Shown here: positions 1 to 11,400 of the stretch, in pieces
How the letters are laid out: every line of letters starts with the position of its first letter
Position numbering within the stretch: position 1 is the first letter of the stretch
NCBI GenBank assembly: GCA_951406725.2
Contig: OX597816.1
Location: forward strand, 142,166,001 to 142,230,000
DNA length: 64,000 nucleotides
Origin: Octopus vulgaris
Lineage: Eukaryota
Direction: 5' to 3'
Notes under the pieces: model-generated
Database searches by the model: none
Seen by the model: only the letters and a program-made list of their open reading frames with translations
What the model was told of the DNA's origin: nothing
Position numbers and translations under genes: made by a program

Positions 1-258
1 GGCATGGGTGCCTGTCGTCGGATGAGGTTCGATTTCGACTTCGCTTGCCTCAACAGGTCTTTGTGTGTCCAAGGGAGGAAAGACATGCATAAGTAGGCTG
101 GATTCACTTGTCCTGCCTGGTCTTCTCACGCACAACATATTTCCAAAGGTCTCAGTCACTGGTCATTGCCTCGGTGAGGCCTAAAGTTCGAAGGTCGTGC
201 TTCACCACCTTGTCCCAGGTTTTCCTGGGTCTACCTCTTCCACGGGTTCCCTCAACTG
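1..258 (-). mobile_element. RTE-clade LINE 3' fragment (end of ORF and 3' UTR), truncated by window start
   Basis: 141-258 is nearly identical to 40081-40197, which encodes the RTE C-terminus (GRPRKTWDEVVKHDLR) on the minus strand. Confidence 0.85.
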
Positions 259-880
259 TTATACATATATAGTGAATCATATTTACTATATATGTATGGC
301 AGTCTGCTACTTACTTCATTGATCCCTATTTCTTGCATCACTAAACTTCACAACATAAAAGAATGCAATGTAAACAAACATACATATACAGGACTACCAT
401 TAAGTACTAGACAAAATAAATGATCATTTAAGGCACTAAAATTTGAGGGTACCATGTAAACTCTGAACAACTTCCAAAAAATTTCTTAATCTGACTCAAA
501 ACATGAAACCTGAGTAGTAAAGAGAGAAAGTAAGGTGACTCCTGGAATAGAGGGCTGAGATAAGTTAGTGGGTTAGTCAGGATGGCCATGTGGTGTTATA
601 ATCTATCACTTAATTTGGCAGGAAACATTTCAGTTTTGCTAGAAAACAGATTTATAATTAGCTTGTTTGCAAGTTGATTATAATTTTACACCATTTTTTT
701 TTCTAGTTGGTCTGAAAGTGGGTGATTTCTATAGAAAGTAAATTGTAGGACTAGGAGAATGGGATGCAAATTGTACAGCTGGCCTTGGTGGCTGAATATC
801 CAAGTGATGGCCCTGCATGTGTGTGTCACAGCATGGCTGTAGTCTAATAACTAAGACGAGTAAAAGATAAAAGAAAAGGT

Positions 881-1396
881 ATGCTCAGTAAGGCATTCAA
901 GAAAGTCCTGCGCACTACAGGCCTAAAAGTTAAAGTTGTAGAAAAGACAGGTAGGACTATCAAATCGGCATTATGCAGATCATATCCATTTGATAGAATC
1001 ACCTGTCAAAGTAATTGTGCAGTATGTTCGACAAATCCACATGTAAATTGTAAAACCAAGGGCACTGTATACCAGATTAAGTGCCAGGAAGGAGCTTGCG
1101 CGACTAACCCAGAGTCATACATAGGTGAGACCTCTAGAAGCATCAATGATAGGTTCAAAGAACACCTGGACAACTACATTGATAGGAAGCCAAACTCCAT
1201 CTTCTACCAACATGCTGTAGACTGCCACAAGGGATCCTTAGGGGAGCTTAAGTTGAACATCCTATCAACACACCCCACCGATGCAATGTTGAGACAGGTC
1301 ACAGAAGCTGTTTGTATACAAGAATACAAACCTACTCTCAACCGAAAGTCCGAATGGAATAACATCCAGATCCCATTCAGAAGGACTATTCTATAA
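881..1396 (+). CDS. GIY-YIG endonuclease C-terminal portion of a Penelope-like element (Naiad-type), RT missing
   Basis: Uninterrupted 171-aa ORF: Cys-rich linker LCRSYPF..CxxxCxxC..C, GTVYQIKC...C...YIGETSR..RFKEH, HxxxxH, RQVTEAVCI..PTLNRKSEW. The ATG is probably internal to the original ORF. Confidence 0.85.
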   Translation: MLSKAFKKVLRTTGLKVKVVEKTGRTIKSALCRSYPFDRITCQSNCAVCSTNPHVNCKTKGTVYQIKCQEGACATNPESYIGETSRSINDRFKEHLDNYIDRKPNSIFYQHAVDCHKGSLGELKLNILSTHPTDAMLRQVTEAVCIQEYKPTLNRKSEWNNIQIPFRRTIL

Positions 1397-1554
1397 CCAC
1401 CCCTCTCTCTCTCTCCCTTTTACCTGTAGTCCTTACATACGGGTTGCAACACGTATGTGCAGTTATATACAACGGTATGAGCAGACGTTGTTTGATACAA
1501 ACAGTTGCACCTAGGCGTTGTATCCATTCACGGTTAGACGATGATGAGAGGAAC

Positions 1555-2280
1555 AAACACACACCCACACACATATATATATGTGTGTGTGCATCTATAC
1601 AAACATATATGTAAATATGTATACAACCTTCAGCAAAGTAACAGTCATGTACACAACTTGGACGGACACATGCCAGTACACGGACATACGTTCACATACA
1701 CATACACATGTACACACTCTCACAGACACATCTGCCCATTCTCCTAGACACTCACATACATACGTAGCACATGAATACAAACATACATACATACCTACGT
1801 ATGGGCATACACACGTACATACGCACGTACATACGCACGTACATGTACGCACACACATACATGGGTACATGCACACGAGCGCGTATACATACACACATAC
1901 ATACATACATACATACATACATACATACGCACATACATACATACATACGCACAATAGTAAAACAATAGTTCTGTGATATAGAGATAAAAATCTGATAATA
2001 GATTTTAGGGTATAGTTTTGGGAGTAAGCATCATAAATCACTTTCTAGCTTCGGCGGTAGGAAGTTGAAATTTGATAGCTTTGTGATGAGTGGTCACTCT
2101 ACATCCATCCATCGCTACAGGTTTATAGCTTTATGTTTTATAGAGTGTATGTGCGTGCATATACACACACATACATATATACATACATACATACATACAT
2201 GCATACACAGGCATGTGTGCATACGTACATACATACACACATGTATGCATACATACACACATACATACGTACATATATAT
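1555..2280. repeat. Compound (TACA)n/(CA)n microsatellite tracts
   Basis: Direct reading (1555-1952, 2145-2280); explains the spurious HT/CV-rich ORFs. Confidence 0.9.
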
Positions 2281-3839
2281 GACGAGCTAACTGTTACTTT
2301 CTTAGATGCAGCACGGACTTTGTCAGTGAACAGGTCGCGGATTTTAGCGACGAAAATATTTTGACAAATTAAACTTAAATGTTGAAGTGAATCGAACGGC
2401 TTTTGTGTGTTTCTTAAATGGCTTATAAACACCTTCCACGCTGCAATTGTTTTCGTTTCAGCACACGATCTCAGATCAAATTACTTGCTATGTGAGTACA
2501 TCTCCGTAATATATATATATATATATGATGATGATATATATAAATATATATATATATAATGTGTGTGAATTTTGTAAATAGAATCTGTTCAAAGCTTTTC
2601 TTTGTGTGTGTGTGTGTGTGTGAACTCATTTGATGTCCATTTTCCCTGCTGGTATTGATTGGACAGTTTGACATAACCCAACAAGATGGAGGACTGTATT
2701 GAGCTTCAATATCTGCTTTGATGTGGTTTCTATGATTGGATGCCCTTCCGAATGACACCCTTTACCAGAGTGTACTGGGTGCTTTTTTCTTGACACTTGC
2801 TTGAGTGAAGATGGCCAAATATTTTGCAACACTAAGAAAAAGAAGTAAAAGCTTCCTGTGAGAAGGTGGGTTATGCTAGGTGTTGAGAAACTAAAATACA
2901 TATAGGGGGACAGGTATAGGTGTCCCTCTTTAGAAGAGATATATGGTTACCTCACATTATATAAGAGTGAGTGGGCGTAGCTGGAAAGAAGATAGAGGTA
3001 TTGGTGACGATGTGTCAGAGCATACTGTCAAGGTACAAGAAAGTGAGTATAAGAGAGAACACGGACTGAGGATGGAGAGGTGTGTGTGAATAACTTCATA
3101 GGAATATGAGAGGAGAGTGACAAGTTATGGATGGAGGTAGAGGTTATTGTAGTGAATGATGTACATGGGTAGAGGTGTGGTTGATGATAAATATCAAGAT
3201 GGGAGAAAAGATAAAAGAAATAGCTCGAGAGAGGAGGTGATAAATCGCAATACAAAAAGGAGATGGAGAGTAGCAGTATAATAAGCCAGTAGACAGATTA
3301 GAAAATAGGGAGAGAGAGAGAAATAAATATTGATAAAGATTAAGGTCAGATGTACATTATGCTAGCTAGCTGGGGAAAAAAGTGGGGAGAGTATTGACAG
3401 CAAATGGGAGAGTGTTGAGCAAACAGCAGATACAAGATGTCGGAGATGAAGTAAGGCAGTTCTATGATATAGATCAGAGGAGAGAAAGAGATACTTAGAG
3501 ACACATAAAGGGGTGAGCAGTGAAAAATGAAGTGGTAAGGGATGATATAGAAAATGAGAGATGGATGTTAAAGGAATTGGTTCCTGGGAGAGGCGGAGCT
3601 AACTTGTAGCAAAAAAGGGGAAGAAATATGTGAATATTCTGCTGTCATATGATTGCAACAACTGAATTGTGTCATTGTTAGAGGAGAGATGGAGGGATTA
3701 TTGTTAGGAAGATGATAGGTAGAAAAGGCTTGACAGGGATAGATTAGGGTCTGGTGAGTGCACAGACATAAACCTAATACTTTTAGTGCACCACTTTTGC
3801 TTTGGTGGTTGGGTCTTATCAAGCACAGTGAATTACCAA

Positions 3840-4250
3840 TCATTTCAGTCCTTTCTTATCTCCACTGTGGGATTCAACATCTTGAGATCAGCCTTCACTC
3901 TTCATTCCATGTCTTTCTGAGTGTCCCTCTTCCATTAGTACTTCTTTAGACAATCTGCCTTTCACTTTAAGGGTGAGATCTTTTGTTACCAACAGAGATA
4001 ACTCCTTGAACTTTTTCCATCCTTCTTTTATACTAGCAACTATCAGCACATCCTCTTCCACTGCTGATTAGGTTACCAAGGTGACAGAAACTATCAACTA
4101 CCTCTAGGGAACCTTGTCAGTATTTGAATGTTTTTATCATATTACTCTGGTACATGTGCCACAAGTAGTCTATTTTCTCTGTTAGCCTTCCTATGATTCC
4201 ATTGCACCTCCACGCCTCTTGTGTATCCATAGCACATACACATTTATTCA
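3840..4250 (-). mobile_element. Degenerate RTE LINE fragment
   Basis: Diverged similarity to the RTE copies at 40044-40604 and 56330-57635 (e.g. tttgttaccaacagag..aactcc..gaacttt). Confidence 0.6.
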
Positions 4251-4910
4251 TCTGTGTGTGTATCATTTGTTTTGTTGTATATATTTATATGCTATTTAAG
4301 GGTGCCATTTGAAGTTATTTTGTGAAAAAGATCTGAAGCTAATAAAAATACATATTAACTACAGATCTTTTTCCTTCTGAAGGAAAACATTAATCAGTAT
4401 ATATTTACACATACACGCACATACATAAAACTACTAAAAGAAAAGTTGTAAGTAATGACAAATTCTCTTGCAGAAATCAACCACATGGCATGAATGTTTT
4501 GTGTGTATTTTAATATAAACACAATCATACTTATTGATTATTAAATAACAGGTGTATTGTTCACCACCACTACCACCCACCAATATGGTTCAGGGCACAT
4601 ATATGTGCATGTTTAAGATACATGATCTTAATGTCACTTGGAAAATTCTCTTTAACTGTAATGTTATTTTATAACTAGTGTTATGTTTTTGTTCAGTAAC
4701 TAAAAGGAAATCTTATTTGTCACATTTATGTTTCTTCTGCTTCACTGCAGTATTGATTTCTCAGAAGATCAACAACAAATTTTACCCAGCATTCTCTATT
4801 GTCTACTACATATTCCTGAAGGAAATGAATTTAGATATTTTTTTCTCCCTTTTTTATGAGAATTGCAAATTATTTACATATGTACATACATACATATGTA
4901 CAAACGTATG

Positions 4911-4958
<48 letters not shown>

Positions 4959-5827
4959 GTGTGTGTGTGTATGTATTTGTAATATAAAATAATGTCTCTA
5001 ACCACAAATAAAAATTTCAAAAACTCTTTGTTATATCTCTGTAGTTTCTGAATGTAGTGAAAGCATCATATTTTCTTGTGAATGGCTCTCAGCCAAAATC
5101 TTGAAATATAACAGCATCAAAGTTCTTGTTTTGGTGAGACAACATAAGTTCTGTAGGTTTTTATAGCATTGAAAAATGTTAAAACAATTGCTGTGAAGCT
5201 TTTGACATTTCCTATTAACATTTTGTCTAAGAATTTAAGAAAAAAAGTGGGTATATTTCGTTTTTTTTTTTTAAACTTCAAACTGATATACATCTAATGA
5301 ATTTTTCATACAATCACCATGACTTCTACGTTTTCTAAAATGTAATAACTGTAGTGTTAATTTGCTTTATTTGGAGATTTGTCATTTGATATTAGAATTT
5401 TAAATCTTTTTCTATGTATATTTCTTTTTCTCTTCACCTGATCTTCAATAATATATTTCTTTAAAATATTTTACTATAAAAACAACAGATTCTTTTGTTA
5501 GAATTAATTGATAAATACATAAAGATAAAAACAATTAAAGCTATTAAAGTTTATGTTTTCAGTCTCTGCTAAAACATTAAGACTTATCTAGTATATGATA
5601 GTAATTGCAGTGATCATTAAATCCTGATTTATGTCAGCTTCTACTCACAAAAACACGATTTCCTCTTCAATTTTGCCTTCCTTATGAACTTCCTTTTTAA
5701 TAAAAAGTCCAATGTTTCTCTTATCGCTCCTCATGCATTGCCTCTATTGAATGTTTTAAGCATGTTGAAATTACGTGATGTGTAGAACAACAATGTCTTC
5801 TCCAAGCTGACATGTTACTACATAGAT

Positions 5828-6189
5828 CAGTGGTTCTTTACCATTTTTTTTTTTTGCTTATGTACCCCTTTGATTACTATTTTATTCTTGTGGACCCTCA
5901 AAGCCATTTGATGTTCAAAAACTAGTTTTATAGATACTTCTTTCAAAATACCTGTTTTGTTTTTCACTCATTCGCTTGCGTAGATTTGCAATAGAACTTT
6001 CTGAGAGAACATGTTTCAGTAGCTAGAAACATGTTGAACTATGTAAAACATTAAAGAAACCTAGCTGTTTCTTGCAATAAATACATCTAAAACAAATTTT
6101 TCTTGGGCTACTGAAATACTTGCTTGCATGGACCCCAAAATCTTATGTGGGCCCTTAGGGGTCATATGGACCCTAGTCGAGAACCACTG
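5828..6189. mobile_element. hAT (Charlie-like) non-autonomous element / MITE
   Basis: TIRs CAGTGGTTCT / AGAACCACTG; 8-bp flanks ACATAGAT and ATGTAGAT, consistent with a decayed target-site duplication. Confidence 0.85.
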
Positions 6190-6278
6190 ATGTAGATTGT
6201 AATCCCAATATTCTTCATGTCAGATTACAATTAATCAAAGTTATTATCAATCAGAAATATTCTCTAGCCAGGGAAATA

Positions 6279-7487
6279 CCATAAAAACCCATGTAATTTA
6301 CACACTTTTTTCCACAAAAATAAAAATGGACTTTAGTGGATGTGTAAATTACATGAGTAGATCATTTCCAGAATTTTTTTTTTTGTTGAAAAAATATGTA
6401 CAAAACGTAAACATTCACACCAAAAGTTGACTCATTTAATGTCAGAATAGGTTTTTACTGAAAAAATAATGGCTTAAATATAATGAAGTTGACTTTTATT
6501 TATGATGGATGGTATAATGCTTACTTTTCCCTGTATAAATTTACTAAAACCACTAAATGGTTAACTACTTTTTGAAGTCTGACGTCCATGCTGGTAAACA
6601 CAGTCCAGGCCATATTTTACATTGCTTGGAGTTTCTACCTATCGCAATGGAGCACCATTAATTTACATAGTGATATGAATATTCCTGACTGAAAAATGAT
6701 ATGGATAATCTTGATTGTATGTTTTTATTTTTGTCTGTTTATTACTAAGCACAGTTTTAAGTTTATCATACAGTTAATGCCAATTTCAAACATGGGCTTC
6801 ATTAGCATTAAAATGCCTTCTGGCAGCTCTGTTGCCATGTTCAAACGCATATCCAACATATTTAATTTCTCCTTCACAGTAAACGATTCATAAGTTCTGC
6901 CCATACTGACAATAACGGTAATGACAAATATTTAAGTTTTGCTTGACATTTTGTAAGTGTGAAGGGGATTAAAATTTTGATACTCAGTATCAAAGATTCT
7001 GACAAGAATAGGTAGAAAAGAATTCTGTTTACATAATCAGTTTGATCGGTCACTTTCCTCTGTCAGTTGAGTAAACTGTCATCCAAGCTGATGTTTATTG
7101 GTAATTAAACTTAATTTGCAACAACTTTTCCTGTGATCATGATTTGAGAAAACATACAGTGGTATGCTAATGATAGGACATAATCTCTTGTGAGCAAGAA
7201 ATATAAAATAAAGTTTATTATAAAGAACACAAACACTTTGTAATTTAATAGCTTTCAATGTGATACCTCTTAAACAGAAATTATTTTTATTTAATGAAAA
7301 TTTAAACATAAGTGAAATTATGCTAAATACAACTAAAATGAAAACCTTTTTCCTCTGGCTATATTGGCAATTCTGAAAACTTATGGGTGTGAATTTTACA
7401 GGAGTAGAAACTTTTTTTAACAAATTCTATCCTGAAAATCACCTGTGTAAATTACACAGGTGTGCAAATTACATGGGGGTTTTGTGG
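6279..7487 (-). mobile_element. pogo/POGK-like DNA transposon, internally deleted, with Brinker-type DNA-binding domain remnant
   Basis: TA|CCATAAAAACCCATGTAATTTACAC ... GTGCAAATTACATGGGGGTTTTGTGG|TA inverted termini with TA TSD; subterminal TGTGTAAATTACA repeats; minus strand from 6904 reads MGRTYESFTVKEKLNML/(fs)FEHGNRAARRHFNANEAHV*NW. Confidence 0.8.
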
Positions 7488-8134
7488 TAGTATAGCAATA
7501 ATATTATAGTTGGTTGCATATAAAAATGCAGATAAAGATTCATCAGTTAAAAGGGTCATTATTTATCATCATCATCGTTTAACGTCCGCTTTCCATGCTA
7601 GCATGGGTTGGACAAGGTGTCAGAAGTGGGATGTTGAACTATTATTGACAGTCTAAAGAGCTGCTAGTTAATGTAGTTTGGGTATATACATGTTTCAAGA
7701 GTGAAGCTGTCTGATAAACAGAATGATGATAGAAATATTTTTATCATTGCAGTGACAATATAACTCTAACTATTCAAATGAGCATGGTAGATATGGTTGC
7801 GACCAGATTAATGTTGGCATTTGACTCTGGCGTAAAGCAAATATTTTATCCTGACATTATCATCATCAACAACATCATTTTAATGTTCACTTTTCTATGC
7901 TCACATACGTTGGATGGAATATTTGTTGAGGCAGGTTTTCTACAGTCAGAAATCCTTCTTGCTGCCAACTGTCAGTAACGCTGCTCTTTCTCTGAAGCAG
8001 ATTTAGGTTTTCAATATTACTGAATATTTGTTCCCTTGATGAGTCCATGTCCCAGTACTTTTAACCAGTTAAAGTTTTTTCTATTTTTGTCCAGCAAATT
8101 TTGTATGAACAAAATACTGTGGAATGGCCTATAT

Positions 8135-8295
8135 ATACAATAGACTTCTTTCAGTTTCCCTCTATCAAATCCACTCATAAGGGTTTGGTTGGTTCGGGGC
8201 TTTAGTAGAAGACATTTGCCCCAGGGGCCATGCAGTGGAATTGGATCCAGAATCCTGTGGTTAAGAAACAAACTTCTTACAGCCATGCCTGCCAA
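8135..8295 (-). mobile_element. tRNA-derived octopus SINE, 5' half
   Basis: Reverse complement matches the head of the SINE at 20550. Confidence 0.75.
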
Positions 8296-9776
8296 TTTCA
8301 AAAAATGAAATCAACCAAGTTTTTTTAAATTTTGTGTGTAGTATCTAATAAAAGATAGGGAAAGGGATCAACAACATATCTTAATAGGGAATAAACTTAT
8401 AATAAATTCAAGAAGGGAGAAATAGAAATTATTTGTGAAGGATATGTAAAGGTCAGCTTTTACACTGCATTAAATTTATTTGTGAATAGAAAGGTAGAAG
8501 CACCAGATATTAGATATTATTGCAGGATAGTATGTCGATTTATAAAAAAAAAATGTTTCTTAAGAAATTAGAAGCAAAACAGAATATCAGAAAATTTACC
8601 TAACCAGAAGAATTGGAGAGGTTTCTAATAACTTGAGTGTAGAGAATAAATTTTAAAAATGGAAATTTTTACTGGGTTTTACTAAAAGGTTAAAAACAAA
8701 TTGATGCACTTGAGGAAATGCTACTCAGTGGTGCACAGAATTATATGACAGCCAAGAAAGTTAGAAAAATTTGGTCAAAGAAAAACATGTTCTAACTTGT
8801 TCTCAGTGAAACCAACAAGAGGATAGCTGAAGAAGTTGGAGTTGTAAAGGAATAACAGGTAAAGTAATTGTAGAGCAAAAGGAGCAAGGCATTTTGCTGT
8901 CAGGTTCACTTTTTGGACTATGTATATATGAGAAGCTAAAATAAAGTCATGCCAACAATACTGATTTGAAATTTTTTTTTTTAAATCACATCTAAAGGGT
9001 TTTTTCCTGGATTACTTTGCTTAATTTCTTGAATCTTTGACTTTGATATAGTTCAGTATGGGTTCCTTGTGAGAGAAACATCTGGTTATCATTATAGTGA
9101 TTGTGTTATACTTTCAATAGGGTTAAGAAAGTTTAAGAAAATACAATGTACTTATATATAAGGCTTTTTATTTATTTATTTATTGGTATTACTCATATAT
9201 TAGCCATATTTGTTTTGTAGGACCCTTGAGGTCAGTTGTCGGGTGGTTGAGTGGGGAAACACCTCAACTCTCATGTTATTCCTGACTGAACACTTGAAAC
9301 AGAATGGATTCCTCTAAAAGTACCCATGTGTCAGGTGGTGGTATTAAACCAGGAAATGGATAAAGTCTACCATTTGAGAATGGGTACAGTCCATCCATGA
9401 AAAGAGCTAATTATAGTTAACTTAGAAAAGTTGTTACTGTGTTAGTGATAAGAGTTATAAAGACATTACCCACTGTTTGCAAGAAAGAGGATTCTCTACA
9501 TATGTGATATAAATGGAGGAAAATATGTTGGATGAAATAGAAGTGGGGTCATATGAAAGCAAACTAAAGACTTGGGATAAAGTGATTTGATGTACTAGAA
9601 ATGTCAGGTGTGACAGACTTTTCTAATTTATGCCTGGCTGTAAAGATGTATCTTCAAGGGTTGGAAAGATGTATCTTAAAAACAAGGAATGGAAAGTTGT
9701 ATCTTGAAAATCAAAGTAGATGAGGAGATCATTCACAAATCATAGTAGCAGAGAGATAACCTCAGTTAGTCAATCA

Positions 9777-10795
9777 CTGTCATCATGTTAAAATAAGTGA
9801 GAGGGTTTAGTTCTGAAGTTAGTTGAATTGGTTCTCAAGTCAGTTCTTGTTTGGAACTACTGCTCTTCTAGATAGGTTTATGATTGCACTACACTCATAT
9901 TTCAATTTTGGCATAGTTTCTGTGGCTGGACTCCTTTCTAAAGCCAGCTATTTTAAAGAGTATATTGGGTGCATTTTATCAAAGCATCATGCTTGAAGCG
10001 ACTTTGTTCTCTGTAAGAGTTCTCACTGTGTTTATATTCATTTAAGGTAATGTAACCAAGAAATGTGTTGCCACTCATCACAGTCCCTTGCCATCTCCTT
10101 TGAGGTTAAGCATCTTGAAATCAGTTTTCACCACTTCACCATATGTTGTCTTATGTCCCCTTTTCTCCTGGTGCCATTTAATTTGAGCATTCAATTCTTA
10201 ATGGTGTTGAACTCCTTCATGCACCTTACATGCACTCTCTTGCTTATTACATCTGATTTTTCTTATATCCAGCCTTTCTCTGACCTCATTTGTACCCCAT
10301 CATTCATGCATACTTTCATTACACATTTATTAGAGCATGTACACTTAATTTTTTTCTGATCTTCACAAATCTTTTATATTCAAGCTGCATGTATTGCTGC
10401 CATGCAACATTGCATTTTGTCTGCAGGCATCATACAATCTACCTTTCAACCTGTAGGAGAAGCCCTTTGTTACCAGCAATGGTAATATCTCCCTAAACTT
10501 TTCCTACTCTGTGTTTAATTTAGGTACAAAGTTTTAGGATATCCACTTATACTGCTCATTAAATCATTTAAGTAATGAACACTTCCAATTACATCTAGAG
10601 TGCTTTTTGGTCATTTCAGAGACTTTATTTCATTTGTGCCCTTGTTATTGACTACTCTTGTGCTGCATAGGAAGTCTACCTTCCCTGTTAGTCTGTTTGC
10701 AATCTCACTACAATCTTATGCATCCATAGTCTGTCATCATGTTAAAATAAGTGAGAGGGTTTAGTTCTGAAGTTAGTTGAATTGGTTCTCAAGTC
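9777..10795 (+). repeat. Perfect 65-bp direct repeat pair (9777-9841 and 10731-10795)
   Basis: CTGTCATCATGTTAAAATAAGTGAGAGGGTTTAGTTCTGAAGTTAGTTGAATTGGTTCTCAAGTC occurs twice without mismatch. Confidence 0.95.
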
Positions 10796-11400
10796 TTTGA
10801 AATTTCTGCCTACTTATTTTATCCATCTCAGCCATTTCTCTGAAGGGCATCATTTTCTTTCCTTCTTAGTAAAGTTTTAGTCTTTGCTAAGTTCATTTTG
10901 AAGCTTTCAAGTATTGATTTTGCTTTCATGACTGAAATTTTCCTCTAAATCTTTTATAGATCCATTTGTAAGTACTAAGTCATTAGCATCTAAGGGTTCC
11001 CACAGACAGCTGGTCTTAAATTCCTCCATTATGGACTGGAGAATTATAATAAACAGAGGAGCACTTAGAACTGTGTCTTGGTGGAGCTCTACCATTACAC
11101 TAAATTTATTGCCATACTCACATTTTGACTGCACCTCTGTAGATGGCTTACAGTCCTCATCTACCTTTAGTTTTCTTAGCGACCAACAAATTACTGAGTG
11201 AGGAACATTTTCAAAGGTTTCTCTTGGTTAATAAATGCTAAGTATAGTGGCTTATTCCTAGCTAAATATTTCTACAATTGAATTACTAGAAGGAGAGCAT
11301 TCGTAGAACTTTTTCCTGGCAAAAAGTTGAGCTGCATCTTGTTTAGGCTAATTTTGTTCCTAATTAATTGTTTTATATCTTGTTCAGTGACTATATAAAA
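9860..11400 (-). mobile_element. Old RTE LINE fragment (RT to 3' end), heavily mutated
   Basis: Minus-strand translation LHQDTVLSAPLFIIILQSIMEEFKTSCLWEPLDANDLVL is a degenerate xHQGSVLSPLLF...LLYADDLVL; GEAFDNVPH resembles EKAFDRVP. Confidence 0.8.

Larger units (their letters stand above)
875..2507 (+). mobile_element. 5'-truncated Penelope-like retroelement (EN ORF plus CpG-rich, TACA-repeat-containing 3' region) ending in (TA)n
   Basis: GIY-YIG ORF followed by ~1.1 kb of CpG-retaining sequence that stops at a TA microsatellite; 5' junction abuts a SINE tail. Extent of the 3' region is inferred. Confidence 0.65.

Noticed and set aside
1541-2432. Overlapping His/Thr/Tyr- and Cys/Val/Met-rich ORFs
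   Set aside because: Translations of TACA/CA microsatellites; the same applies to the YI-rich ORFs at 4678, 20546, 34718-34972 and 35682-35991
1397-2507. SECIS element for the Naiad-type ORF
   Set aside because: Checked RTGA sites at about 1477, 1541, 1973, 2085, 2279 and 2387; none gave the UGA-N11-12-AA-N18-27-GA stem by eye, and the ORF has no in-frame TGA
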